Notes under the pieces: model-generated | Told to the model about the DNA's origin: nothing | Database searches by the model: none | What the model saw: the letters and a program-made list of their open reading frames with translations, nothing else | Assembly (NCBI RefSeq): GCF_009914755.1 | Contig: NC_060944.1 | Length of the DNA stretch: 64,000 nt | Source: the human T2T-CHM13v2.0 reference genome, Homo sapiens | Direction: 5' to 3' (one strand) | Shown: one piece after another, positions 1 to 47,950 of the stretch | Layout: each line of letters opens with the position of its first letter | How positions within the stretch are numbered: position 1 is the first letter of the stretch | Program-made: the position numbers and the translations under genes

Positions 1-971
1 GTTCCTCCACTTTCTGGCTGGATGGGCAAGTTACTTAACTTCTGGGTCTCTGGGTCTCAGATTAACACCATCTGCGAAATGGTGACCAAAATCTCCAGGT
101 ACCTGTAGTTGTGAGGATACCACAAATCAATGTTTGTCAGTGCCTAGCAGGGCGCAGGGACTTGGTAAGTGGAAAGAAGGAACCCGGTCTGTCACTGTGC
201 CTTGTGCTTAGGAGGTGCTCAGTGACTCTGGCTTCTTGTTGTTTTTTGGTGTTGTTTTCCTGTTCGGGCATTCTTGTTGTGTCTTTTTGTTTTTGTTTTT
301 TTATGTGTATACTTGCTCCATTGGTTTGAGACTGGAACAAAAGTGTATTGAAGTCTTTCAGGATTTGCTTTTCATTCCTCTGCAACCTGAGCTTCGCAGA
401 GAGCCCTTGAGTTCCCTAGGGTGGTGTCTCTCAACTAAATCTGGAGGATTCTGTTTCAAAAGAAGGTAGAACTGCAGTAACTGCTTAGACTTAATTGGCT
501 TGATAACCAGAGGAGATTGTGATCCCCTGCACTGGTTTCAAATCACGTATCAGATGAGACAAAAAGGTCTGGTGTCCAGCTTCTTAGGAGACATTCAGAA
601 CACAGGTTATTAATGAGCAAGAAATAATGATAATCATACTTACATATAAGGGTTGTGGCTAACTGCTTATTAATGCTTTCAAATTCATGTTCTTTTTTGA
701 GTTCCACTTCTACCACATGAATCCATCCTAGTAAATGAGGACACAGCCCAGCAAAGTTGAAGTTGATTGCCCAGTGCTGCACAGCTGAGGGGAGGGTATA
801 ACTCCCTGGCCTTATTTTGGGGCCCCAGGCTCAGTGCTTTCCCTAGCATATGATAGCCACCCCATTATTGGTTGTCAAGATGCAGTTTTAAATCTAGTCA
901 AAGAGAAATACAGACCACTACATCCCTTCTGAGAGGTTTGTATCATCTGGGATAGACACTTCTACCTAAGC

Positions 972-1095
972 AGTGGTTTTTGACCCTGACTGCACTTTAG
1001 GATGACCTAGAGCAGTGCTGCTTAAACTTTAACTCAGGGAACTTGCTGAAATGCAGGTTCTAGGGTAGGGCCCGTGATTCTGCATTTCTTTTCTT
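972..1095. mobile_element. MER5-type hAT-Charlie DNA transposon fragment
   Basis: cagtggttttt...cacttaggatgacct...aaatgcaggttc...ggcccgtgattctgcatttct. Confidence 0.6.
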
Positions 1096-1440
1096 TTTTA
1101 AAATAAAATTTAGGAGGTACCAAGTGCAGCTTTGTTACATGGGTAGATTGGGTAGTGGGGAAGTCTGGGCTTTTAATGTAACCATCCCCCGAATAATGTA
1201 CATTGTATGCAGTAAGTAATTTCTCATCCGTCACCACCCCTACCCTTCAGAGCCTCCAATGTTATTATTCCACACTGTGTGTCCATGTGTACACATTATT
1301 TAGCTCCCACTTATAAGCAAGGACATGCAGTATTTGACGTTGTTTCTGAGTTGTTTCACGTAAGATAATAGTCTCCAGTTTCATCCATGTTGCTGCAAAA
1401 GACATGATTTTATTCTTTTTTATGGCTGAAGAGTATTCCA

Positions 1441-1443
<3 letters not shown>
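1096..1443 (-). mobile_element. L1 3'UTR fragment (L1MA/L1PB-like)
   Basis: ccatgtgtacacattatttagctcccacttataag...ccatgttgctgcaaaagacatgattttattcttttttatggctg. Confidence 0.85.

Positions 1444-1474
<31 letters not shown>
1444..1474. repeat. (TG)n microsatellite
   Basis: Direct TG run. Confidence 0.95.
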
Positions 1475-1477
<3 letters not shown>

Positions 1478-1858
1478 CATTTATACAGTGTCCCAAGTCC
1501 TAGGTCTCCCTGAAGGCTTAGAAAGAAAAGGTGGGAGGTGCTGCTGGAAAGGCACTGGGGCCGGTGGGTGGAAGTTCCTCCATACCAAGCTAGGATTACT
1601 CTAACCTCAGTGTTCAGAACAGTGATGTTTTCTTTTGCCTCATTTATTATTTAAGTGGCATACATACTATATAATCATCTAAGAAAATTAGAAAATATAG
1701 ATACACAAAAAAGGAAAAAAGCTCATCACTAAGACATTTTGCCTCCTAAATATTTTTCCAAAGATTAAAAAAAAAAGGAATCCTGCCACACAGTGTTCTA
1801 GCTCCTGCTTTTACTATGTAAATCTAAAGCTTGAACATTCCTACTCAAGAAATGTATC

Positions 1859-2196
<338 letters not shown>

Positions 2197-2245
2197 TTAA
2201 CCCATTCCATTAACATTTGACATTTTACTATTGTAAGTAGTGAAT

Positions 2246-2534
2246 TTTTTTTTTTTTTTTTTTGAAATAAGAGTCTCCCTTTGTCGCCCAGGATGGAGTA
2301 CAGCTCACTGCAACTTCCGCCTCCCGGGTTCAAGCAATTCTCCTGCCTCTGCCTCCCAAGTAGCTGGGATTACAGGCATCTGCCACCACACCTGGCTAAT
2401 TTTTGTTCTTTTAGTAGAGATGGGGTTTCACCATGTAGTCCAGGCTGGTCTCGAACTCCTGACCTCAGGTGATTTGCCCCCAACTTGGCCTCCCAAAGTG
2501 CTAGGATTATAGGCATGAGCTACTGCGCCTGGCC
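2246..2534 (-). mobile_element. Alu (AluS-like), TSD agtagtgaa
   Basis: Poly(T) head, Alu body, TSD at 2236 and 2535. Confidence 0.9.
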
Positions 2535-4125
2535 AGTAGTGAACTATTTTAAATAATGTTATTGGTGAACACCCTTTCATGTATACATTTTGGCATACCT
2601 GACGTATTTTTCTTAACATGCCTAGAAGCAGAATTACAGAGTCAAAGAGTATGTACTTTTGGGGGACTTTTGGATACAGAGTGCCAGATAAACCCGCAGT
2701 AGTGTTCCAGTTTATAATGCCTATAGCCATGTGAAAATACCAAGATGGTGACATTTTAATATCTAAAATAGACAGTGCCATCGGATACAGCCATTAGTTC
2801 TAAGTTGAACTTCTGAATTGCTTTTGGTTGCCAACTTCAGTATTATATTCAAAGATTCTAGCATATTACGAAAATATCCTTTGCTGTTTTTCATCTCTTG
2901 ATCCTTCTAAGATAAATTGGTGTGTGATTTGTTGATAGTATCTTTGTGTGAGGATTGTTTTTCAAAAATTTAAGCTTGAGGTGTTTTGTTTTGTTTTTTA
3001 ACAACTTTTGGGTGGCTGTTTTTGCCAACAGTACAGGATTTGCCTTCTTTATATTTTGGTTAACTGGAATTCAGGAACAGAGGGGAATTAGAGGAAAAAA
3101 GAGGGCAGGGTTTATTTCTCTCACATGACACACTTGCATTCTAACCAATGACACATGAGGGTTGGCAAAAGCTTCCAGTGAGGAAGGGCCAGAATCTTCA
3201 GATGCCTAGTCAGGTGGAGGAGGTCCTCTGACGCAGAGGAAATCAGATGCTGTACCCAGCCTGCAGTTGGTAGGCTTTCCATCACTACTCAGAGAGAAAG
3301 AAGAAAAATCTATTTGTTTTTGTATTCAAGCCAACCCATACTATGAAACCCTCCCCTTTGTACCAGCATAGAATGTCTCTAGAGAGATTTTCAAGGAACT
3401 GGTGATAGCAGTTGTCCATGGGGACCTGGAGTGGGAGGATTTGTTTTTCATGGCATACCCATTTGTACTGTTTGAATTATTTACTGTAGTTTGCTTTTTC
3501 AAAAAATGTTCACGCTAGTTGCTTTTAAAAAGCCTTACTCGCTTATGGTTATGCAGGATGTTAGCATTAGGGGAAACTGGGTGAAGAATGTATGGGAACC
3601 CTCTGTAGTGTCTGTGTAACTCTTCTGCAAATCTAAATTTACTTAAAAATAAAAAGTTCTTTTAAAAAAAAATGACAGAGGGAAAAAAATACTGTCTTCC
3701 TATCCTTCCTATCCAAATTGCCCCATGAGGCAATTTACCTACTAGTCTTGTCATTTCTTTTAAAGATTTTCCTGCTCTCCTGATTCATCTGGCCTCCTGA
3801 TTGCCAAATACAATACACCTGTCTTAGCCATGGCACTGTGTTTACTGGAGTCAGGCTTTCCTAATGAACATCAGCTGGCAGATACTTGTAAACGTTCACA
3901 ACAAATTGGAGGAAAAACTCCATGAAAATATTGCTTAAAAGACTTTGACCAAGCTATGTGTCTGCAAAAAGTGTACTGAATTCAGAACCTTTTACAAATT
4001 CAGAAACTTGTAAAGCCATTTTTCCCTCAACTTGTAGTCCAGGTAAAAGTACAGGTCAGTCTACATTTTTGGCAAGCCTCCTCAGTGATCCTGATTTCCT
4101 ATAAAACTGAGTTTCACAGAGTCAT

Positions 4126-4129
<4 letters not shown>

Positions 4130-4162
<33 letters not shown>

Positions 4163-4190
4163 GGTTAGTTGGTTGCTTGGTTGGTTGGAT
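4130..4190. repeat. (TG)n followed by (TTGG)n compound microsatellite
   Basis: Seen directly. Confidence 0.9.
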
Positions 4191-4664
4191 GGGGTGTAAC
4201 TTGATGGATGGGAGGGCTGTGGAGACAGGTGATCAGGAGGCTGTGGCCAATGTCCAGGTGGGAGGAAATAAGCATCTGAAATGCAACAGCAGTGAAAGGT
4301 TAGGGAGAGTAGTCAGATACAGAAACTGACTTGAGTTGGTGATTTAGGCGTGTGGAAGACAAAAGTTCGTTGTTCAGACTGCGCAGAAAGAAGAGAATCC
4401 GGCAGCTTTTCTAGTTCCTTGCAGGGATGAAGCACTATTATTAAGGGAAAGAGATGCAATGGACCTTTCTTGCCTTTGATTCCCAGGTGCCTATGCTGCA
4501 TGCAGATATTTCCTGAGTCCCCATGCTGTGCCAGGCACTGTTCGTGGTGCTGCTTTCCTAGAGATCACATTCAAGGGTAGGGGGACATGCAATACGCAAA
4601 TAAACATATACATATAGTACATGTCAATTAGATAAGTCCATGAGGAGAAATAGATAAGGGACTA

Positions 4665-5153
<489 letters not shown>

Positions 5154-5664
5154 TCAGGACAACAAGGAGGCCCGTGTGGCTGAGCTGAGCGAGGAGGAGA
5201 GTGGGAGGTGAGAGAGGCCAGCACGGTTTTGGAGAAACTTGTAGGAACATCTCTTGGTAACATAGGAGCTTTTGACAGCGTGAACTAGTTGCTATACAGA
5301 GAAATGGGAATTAATTAAATGTCCTGGAGCTTTATTTCCTGCCAGCTATCCTGGGAGTTACACACTATAAATGGTTAAAAGAACATTGATCCAGAAGTGG
5401 GGAGACATGGCTCCTGTGTGATAGTCTTCCCTTTTGCCCAGATGTTAATTACTTTGTGGCTAACTCCTGGAAGTGCAGAATTGTCCTGTGGCACTCTTGG
5501 GAGCATTTGGGAGAGAACATTTATGAGGTCTTCAGGCTTCATGGGTCAGAGGGTGGCTACACTGGGTCAATTAAAGCAACATGAAGGTGGTATGACTTGA
5601 TCTGCCTCAGAGGATCTTCTTCACTTCTTCTCCCCAATCCAACCCTGGCCTCTCTTCTGAGCAG

Positions 5665-38082
<32,418 letters not shown>

Positions 38083-39895
38083 TTGGAGTGGACCACGGCC
38101 AAGCCTGCTCCGTCCTCGGACAGGAAGCCACCCTGCGTGGGGGACTGCAGGCACGCAAAATAAAATAACTCCTGCTCGTTTGGAATGTAACTCCTGGCAC
38201 AGTGTTCCTGGATCCTGGGGCTGCGTGGGGGGCGGGAGGGCCTGTAGATAATCTTGCGTTTTTCGTCATCTTATTCCAGTTCTGTGGGGGATGAGTTTTT
38301 TTGTGGGTTGCTTTTTCTTCAGTGCTAAGAAAGTTCCCTCCAACAGGAACTCTCTGACCTGTTTATTCAGGTGTATTTCTGGTTTGGATTTTTTTTTCCT
38401 TCTTTGTTTTAACAAATGGATCCAGGATGGATAAATCCACCGAGATAAGGGTTTTGGTCACTGTCTCCACCTCAGTTCCTCAGGGCTGTTGGCCACCCTA
38501 TGACTAACTGGAAGAGGACACGCCAGAGCTTCAGTGAGGTTTCCGAGCCTCTCCCTGCCCATCCTCACCACTGAGGCCACGACAAAGCACAGCTCCAGCT
38601 CGGACAGCACCCTCAGTGCCAGCCAGCCTCTGCCAGACCTCTCTTTCCCTCTTCTCCCCAGCCTCCTCCAGGGCTGCCCAAGGCAGGGTTTCCAGCCAGG
38701 CCTCGGGGTCATCTTTTCACCAGGAGCAAACCCAAGTCTTAGTTGCTACAAGAAAATCCCCTGGAAGTACTGGGGGCCAGGTTCCCCAGACAGCAGGAAT
38801 TGCCCCTGTTCAGAGCAGCCGGAGTTTGCTGGACCACAAGGAAGAAGAGAAGAGACTTGCAGTGAACTGTTTTTGTGCCAAGAAACCCTGGACCTGGGGC
38901 CAAGTATTTCCCAAGCCAAGCATCCACTTGTCTGTGTCTGGGAAGGGATGGCCAAGGCCGCTAGGGTCCTTACCCCTCAGGATCACTCCCCAGCCCTTTC
39001 CTCAGGAGGTACCGCTCTCCAAGGTGTGCTAGCAGTGGGCCCTGCCCAACTTCAGGCAGAACAGGGAGGCCCAGAGATTACAGATCCCCTCCTGTAAGTG
39101 GCCAGGCATTCTCTCCCTGCCCTCTCTGGCCTCTGGGGTCATACTCACTTCTTTAGCCAGCCCCATCCCCTCCACCCCACACCTGAGTTCTTGCCTCCTC
39201 CTTTTGGGGACACCCAAAACACTGCTTGTGAGAAGGAAGATGGAAGGTAAGTTCTGTCGTTCTTTCCCCAATCCCCAGGAATGGACAAGAAGCCAACTTA
39301 GAAAGAAGGGTCTCACGTGGCTGGCCTGGCTCCTCCGTAGACCCCTGTTCTTTTCAACCTCTGCCCACCCGTGCATGTCATCACAAACATTTGCTCTTAA
39401 GTTACAAGAGACCACATCCACCCAGGGATTAGGGTTCAAGTAGCAGCTGCTAACCCTTGCACCAGCCCTTGTGGGACTCCCAACACAAGACAAAGCTCAG
39501 GATGCTGGTGATGCTAGGAAGATGTCCCTCCCCTCACTGCCCCACATTCTCCCAGTGGCTCTACCAGCCTCACCCATCAAACCAGTGAATTTCTCAATCT
39601 TGCCTCACAGTGACTGCAGCGCCAAGCGGCATCCACCAAGCATCAAGTTGGAGAAAAGGGAACCCAAGCAGTAGAGAGCGATATTGGAGTCTTTTGTTCA
39701 TTCAAATCTTGGATTTTTTTTTTTCCCTAAGAGATTCTCTTTTTAGGGGGAATGGGAAACGGACACCTCATAAAGGGTTCAAAGATCATCAATTTTTCTG
39801 ACTTTTTAAATCATTATCATTATTATTTTTAATTAAAAAAATGCCTGTATGCCTTTTTTTGGTCGGATTGTAAATAAATATACCATTGTCCTACT
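38083..39895 (+). other. TM9SF4: TM9SF4 3'UTR (~1.8 kb, no recognisable interspersed repeat)
   Basis: Follows the stop codon and ends at an AU-rich block with AATAAA and a downstream GU/U-rich element. Confidence 0.8.
39873..39878 (+). terminator. TM9SF4 distal polyadenylation signal AATAAA
   Basis: AATAAA with upstream TGTA motifs (39846, 39869) and downstream tgttttgtctt (39895-39905). Confidence 0.8.
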
Positions 39896-40204
39896 GTTTT
39901 GTCTTGAATCTCATGCAGGGGTTGGAGGTCTGAGGTGAGACACCTTCCCCGAGTGGGTTGAGTTGCACAGTTTCCCCCGAAGCTCATTCTCGTGTCACAC
40001 TTCAGGGCTCAAGCCACTGTTGTTCCCTGCCTGGTACAAGTCCATTGCCTAGCCCCTCCATACTAAATTGCAGTCATTTGCTCTTCTGATCCCACAAGCA
40101 GGAAATGACAATCAAGTGTGTTTTGGTAGCAGCAAGATCTGGTTTTGGATTCCCAGCTTCAGTCTTTTACTGTCAGCTCATCTCACTCTATGAAACCCAG
40201 TTCT

Positions 40205-40650
40205 TCAATTGTAAGCAACAGAAACATCGGTCAAACTGGTTTTAGCCCAAAAATGAATTGATTGGTTCTTAAGTCATCAAGGATTTTGTTTATTTTGCTT
40301 CAGGTCTGGCTGGATCCAGGGGCTCAAAGGATAGCCTTAGGGCTCTTTCCCCTTTTCCACTGTGCTCCTCTCCGGCGTCACTCTGTCCTGTTATCCACAG
40401 TCTTCCTCCTGATGGGTGAGGCAGGGAGGGCAGGATGCCAATCACTCCAGACTTACATGATCCACTTGGGTATGCCGGGGGGCTGGGGTAGGGGAAGATG
40501 TCCCTTCCCACTTCAGTTTATTCAATATAGAGAAATTTCAGGAAACATTTCTGATTGGCCCAGCTTGGATTATTATTTGAACATCTTGCACCAATCACTA
40601 TATCCAGGGGGTTGGAGTATGATTTGGGGCCACTTTCCCTGAAGGTGTTG
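40205..40650. mobile_element. LTR33-like ERVL LTR fragment
   Basis: gtaagcaacagaaac...aaactgg...gcttcaggtctggctggatccaggggctcaa. Confidence 0.55.
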
Positions 40651-41274
40651 GATACTGTGAATTTCAGCCCTACCAGAATTACTTAGAATGGTTGATGAGG
40701 AAAGAACCATTTCCCATGGTAAGGGATGCGAAACAGACCAAAACAGTGGCCTGTTACCCACCACCCCGCCACCCCAACCCCAAGCCTCAGTTCCTCATCT
40801 GCAATGGGAAAGGTGCTTGTTACTATTTATGGAGTACTTCCTGTGTTCTGATGTTCCAAACACTTTCCATGGGTTAGCCCATTTAATCTTGGATATGATA
40901 CAAGATAACAACGTGCCCCTGAGACAGCTTCTGTTATTAGCCCCCTTTTACAGAGGTGGTCACTGAGGCACCAAGCAGTTGAGGTAACCTGCTGGGGCAG
41001 GATGGGGGGTGATGTCCCATGATGGGTGGAGTAGTGTTCACCTGGGACAGCCAGACTTCTGAATCTGTCCTTCCAACCTCTCTAGCCGCCTTTTTAAAGG
41101 GCTGTGTGTGTGTGTGTGTGTGTAAAATTATATGTAATTGATGTAAAATGAACTGCAGTTTGATAAGTCTTGATACACACACCCATGAAATTATCACCAC
41201 AATCTCAATTGTGAGCATACCCAGGTTTCCTCATGCCTTTCTTTATAATCCTGCCCTCTAGCCTCTCAACATCA

Positions 41275-42118
41275 TGCTTGTCCCCTCCAAACCTCATGTG
41301 GAAATTTGATCCCCAGTGTTGGAGGTGGAGCCTAATGGGAAGTGTTTGGGTCATGGGAGCAGATTCCTCATGAATAGATTAGTGCACTGGGGGAGGTGGG
41401 AGCAGAGGAGGTGAGTGAGTTCTCTCTTAGCTCCTAAGAAAGCTGGTTATTAAAAAGAGCCTGGCACCTCCCTGCAACCCCCACTTCTCTCCCCATGTAA
41501 TCTCTGCACATGCCAGCTCTCCACCTTCCACCATGAGCAGAAGGAACTCACCAGAAGCAAATGCCCAATCTTGAACTTTCCAGCTGTCAGAATCATGAGC
41601 CAGACTGGGCACGGTGGCTCAGGCCTGTAAGCCCAACACTCTGGGAGGCTGAAACAGGAGGATCACTTGAGGCCAGGAGAAAGTCAGCCTGGGCAACAAA
41701 GCAAGACCTCATCTCTAAAAACAAATTTTAAAAATTTGTTAAAAACTCGTGAGCTGGCCGGGTGCGGTGGCTCATGCCTGTAATCCCAGCATTTTGGGAG
41801 GCCGAGGCGGGCAGATTACCTGAGGTCAGGAGTTCGAGACCAGCCTGTACAACATTGTAAAACCCTGTCTCTACTAAAAATACAAAAATTAGCCAGGCGT
41901 GGTGGCCCACGCATGTAATCCTAGCTACTCAGGAGGCTGAGCCCAGGAGATGGAGGTTGCAGTAAGCCAAGATTGTACCACTGCACTCCAGCCTAGCCAA
42001 CAGAGCAAGACTCTGAAAAGAAAAAAAAAAAAAATTCATGAGCCAAGTAAACCTTTTTTTCTTTATAAATTACCCAGCCTCAGGTATTCCTTATAGCAAC
42101 ACAAAACAGACTAAGACA
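41275..42118 (+). mobile_element. MaLR solo LTR (MST-type) interrupted by FLAM + Alu
   Basis: tgtcccctccaaacctcatg...ggtcatgggagcagattcctcatgaat...aaattacccagcctcaggtattcc...actaagaca. Confidence 0.85.
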
Positions 42119-42229
42119 CCATCCCCAATAAGCCACTGATCTTTCTTTCTGTCGCTATAGATTAATTTGCATCTCCCAGAGCTTTATATAAGGAGAATCA
42201 TACGCTATATATTACGCTATGTATGTATA

Positions 42230-43478
42230 CATTGCTAGGCTAGAAAAATAAAGTTTGTTCTACCAGGAATCACAAGTTAGAACTGAGTATTCTCCAAAGT
42301 GGAAATTACAGAGTGTAAGGTCATTCCAGGCAAAGATTATTCATTCAGTCCTCATACCCAACATTCACAACTCCCTATCAGAAGGGTTAAACCAGGTCAA
42401 AACAGTCCGGCATAATTAGGCTTCATCAAACAATGCCATTATGTTCTTCTAAGATGCAAATAAACCAAAACAGGAAATACTAAAATCAAAATAATACTTG
42501 ATGCTGTCATACAAATTGTTAGTTCCTTGCTGTATTCCCCCTTCTATAACATTAATAAAGGGAATATCTTACTGCAAAGAATATTTTATTTTATACATCA
42601 CTAGCCATGAATTTTTGCCATTAGTTATTATACAAATGCTGCCTAATGCCATTAGCCAAATGGCATAACCATTTTATGTCCACCATTCACTTCTATAGTT
42701 ATAAGTAGAATTTTCATGATTTACATATGTACATCTATCAGTGAGGATTTAACACTGAGATACAATCTAACATCTGTAATATCTGATGTTTTAAAGTAGA
42801 TAGCAATGTAGGAAAGATATATTTTAATCACTTTTCATTTAAGTGACCTTATGTAAAACATTAACCAATAGTTTAGCAGTTCCACGTCTCCAAGGGACAT
42901 TTTCAAATGTATGTAAAGAAATGGTTACAGATTTTTAAGAAGCATCTTCCATGTCCACATCCTGTTGTAATCTCTGTGCCATTTTCTCTTCCAGCTGCTT
43001 CCCTTTGCCTACAAGAGGGGCTCGGAAAGATGGATGTTTTTCTTGACTTCTTTGATATCCTGAACTTCTCTACGTAGCCCTTTATGTTTCTTCAGTCTGT
43101 TCATTATAAATTTAGCTTGGCATTTCTGTTTGATCTCTTCAACTCTCTTCATTGCATCAATAGTTTTATTCCATAGCTCTCACTGATATTTGATAAGTGC
43201 ATTTCTATGTTTTTCCAATTCAAATGAATTATCCACTGTAAGCCCTTTACCAGCTGTTTTCCAGAATGCTTTGGTCCACCTACCTTTGTGAGGATTGTGC
43301 TTCTTTTTAAAGTTTTTATGACATTTAGATTTACAAAATCTGAACACCTTGCAATCATTGCGGACAGACATCATGCCATGGCCAGGGTAGATGGGCCCCG
43401 AACAGAAATAACACTCTTGAGACACATGTTGAACCCACGTGGGTCCCCACCGACCAAACGCCAGGCTTGAGAGGAAGT
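42230..43478 (-). pseudogene. RSL24D1 (RLP24-like, ribosomal L24 domain) processed pseudogene
   Basis: Intronless. [38 protein letters not shown] matches RSL24D1. ATG at 43427 is followed by a 1-nt frameshift; premature TGA at 43180-43182; original stop near 42935. 5'UTR starts CTTCCTCTC; 3'UTR is retained. Confidence 0.93.
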
Positions 43479-45022
43479 CAGATGTATGTTTAACCTAAAC
43501 TGCCACACTCTTTTCTAAGGTGGTGTATCATTTTATGTTACCATCAGCAGTATACAAGAGTGCCAGTTCCTTTACATCCTAATAACACTTGGTATGGTTA
43601 ATATTTTTAATTTTAGCCATTCTTACAGGTATATAACATCTTGTGATTTTAATTTCTATTTCCCTAATGACATGTTGCACATCTTTTCATGTGCTTATTT
43701 GTTATTGTTGGTGACAAATGTATCTTCTTTGGTGAAGTAGATGTTCAAATTTATGTTCATTTGTATTGGGTTTGGAGTTATTGTCAAGTTTTGAGAGTTA
43801 TTTATGTATTCTGCAGACAAGTCCTTTATCGGTAAATGCTTTGCAAAGATTTTCTTAGTCTGTGTATGGCTTGTGTTTTCATTGAAAACTATGTCTTTTG
43901 AAGAGCACAGGTTTTTTATTTTGATGAAGTCTAATTTATAAACAAATAATTTGTTTAAGCAATTTAATTTGTTCTTTTTTGAATTTTTGGTTTGTTTGAT
44001 TTTTGAAACAGGGGTTTCACTATGTTACCCAGGCTAGTCTCAAACTCCTGGCCTCAAGCGATCCTCTGGCCTCAGCCTCCTAGGTAGCTGGGATTACAGA
44101 CACATGTCACCGTGCCCAGCTCCTTTCATGGATTTTGCTTTTTGGTGTTAGACATCTTTGCTTAACTCAAGGTCACAGTGAATTTCTCCTGGGTTTTCTT
44201 TTTTTCTTTTTTGTTGTGGCAGAGTCTTGCTCTGTGACACAGGCTGGAGCACAGTGGCATGATGATAGCTCACTGCAATCATGATCAAGCATCAAGTGAT
44301 CCTCCCACCTCAGCCTCCCAAATAGCTGGAACCACAGGTGTGCACCACCACGCCTGGCGAATTTTTTTTTTTCTATTTTTGTAGAGACAGTGTCTCACCT
44401 TGTTGCCCGGGCTGATCTCAAATCCCTGGGCTCAAGCAATCCTTTTGCTCAGCCTCCCAAGTAGCTGGGATTATAGGCTTGAGCCAAAATGCACCTGGCT
44501 CGAATGTCTCTCTTTATTTTATTTTTATTTATTTATTTGAGACAGGATCTCACTCTGTCACTCAGGCTGGAGCGCAGTGGCAGTGGCATAATCACAGCTC
44601 ACTGCTGCCTTGACCTCCTGGGCTCAAATAGTCCTCTCCCCTCAGCCTCCCAGGTAGCTGGGACTATAGGCATGCACTGCCATGCCCAGCTAGTTATTTT
44701 TTGTCAAGACAGGTCTTCCTATGTTGCCTAGGCTGGCCTCAAACTTCGGGGCTCAAGCAGTCCTCCTGCCTTGGCCTCCCAAATTGCTGGAATTACAGGC
44801 ATGAGCCTCTGTGCCCAGCTGTGGAGTTGATATCTTAACAATATTAAGTCTTCCAACCCATGAACAAATTATACCTCTCAATTTAGGTCATCTTTAATTT
44901 CTCTCAGCAGTGTTTTGTATCTTCAGCATCTAGGTCTTCCACTTCTTTTGTCAGATTTATTCCTCAGTGTTTCATATTTTTGATGCTATTGTAAATGGTA
45001 GTTTTTTATTTTTATTTTTTGA

Positions 45023-45169
<147 letters not shown>

Positions 45170-45212
45170 TAGTAGAGACGTGGTTTCTCCATGTTGGTCA
45201 GGCTGGTCTTGA

Positions 45213-45491
<279 letters not shown>

Positions 45492-45876
45492 TAGAGATTA
45501 GATTTCTCCATGTTAGCCAGGCTGGTCTCAAACTCCTGACCTCAAGTGTTCTGCCTGCCTCAACTTCCAAAAGTGCTGGGATTACAGGTGTGAGTCGCTG
45601 TGCCTGGCCTGTAAATGGTATGTTTGTATTTCTGATTTTTCATTGCTACTGTTGTACAGAAATAACAGTTGATTTTTAAAATACTGATCTTATACCCTAA
45701 AACCTTGCTAACTTATTAGTTCTAGTAGCTTTTTTAGATCTCATTGGATTTTCTCCATAGATGATCATGTTGTCTGTGAATAAAGACAGTTTTACTTCTT
45801 TCTTTCCAATCTGGATGCCTTTCATTTCTGTTTCTTGCCTGATTGCACTGGCTACAATATCCAATACAATACCTGA

Positions 45877-46209
<333 letters not shown>

Positions 46210-47130
46210 TAAGCCACCACAGCCAGCCCATCCCTGTCTTTAATTTGCTCTTTTCTAGTGTTTTAAAGTGGAAGCTAGGGCATTTATTTGAGGGCTTTCT
46301 TTTCTAATGTAGGTGTTTAGTGCTATAAACTTCTTTTAAAGTCTCACTGTAATGGCATCCCAGAAATTCTGCTATATTGTGTTTTCATTGTCATTCCATT
46401 CAAAATACTTTCTAATTTTCATTTGATTTCTTTTTTTGAGTCATGTGTTATTTAGAAGTGTGTTATTTAGTTCCCAAATATTGGGGGATTTTTTTCAAGG
46501 ATCCTTAGGTTACTTATGTCTAATTTCTAATTCTATTGTGGACAGAGACTTTGTATGACTTGGGTCCTTTTGACTTTATTAAGACTTGTTTTATGGCTCA
46601 AAATATGGTCTATCTTGATAAAGGTTCACGCACAATTGAAAAGAATGGTATTCTGTGTTCTTGGGTACAGGGTTCTATAAATATCAGTCAGGTCAAGTTG
46701 ATTGATAATGGTGTTCAAGTATATGATATCTTTACTGATTTTCTGCCTGCTTATTCTATCAATGATTGAGAAAGGGGTACTAAAATCTCTGGCGGTAATT
46801 ACAGATTTTTATATTTCTCTTTGCAGTTCTATTTTTTGCTATAGGTATTTTGTTAGGTACATACTATCTTTTGGATTAATTTATCCCTAGTAATTTATGT
46901 AATTTATCTATTTTGTCACATATTGATATAGCCAATCCCACTTGCTTCTTACTGTTAGTGTGGTATATCTTTTCCATCCTTTTACTTTTAACCTATTTCC
47001 ATTTGTATAGTTAAAATGTGTTTCTTATAGGCAGCATATAGTTTGGTCTTTCTTTCTTTTTTCCAATCATACAATCTCTGCTTTTTAATTGGTATGTTTA
47101 GACCACTTAATTTTTTGTTTTTTTTTTTGA

Positions 47131-47950
<820 letters not shown>

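Noticed and set aside
5659-5664. NAGNAG (GAGCAG) tandem acceptor at exon 2
   Set aside because: GAG is a very poor acceptor; nothing supports its use
43180-43425. 81-aa RSL24D1-like ORF as a functional short protein
   Set aside because: Starts at GTG because the true ATG is frameshifted, and ends at a premature TGA; pseudogene
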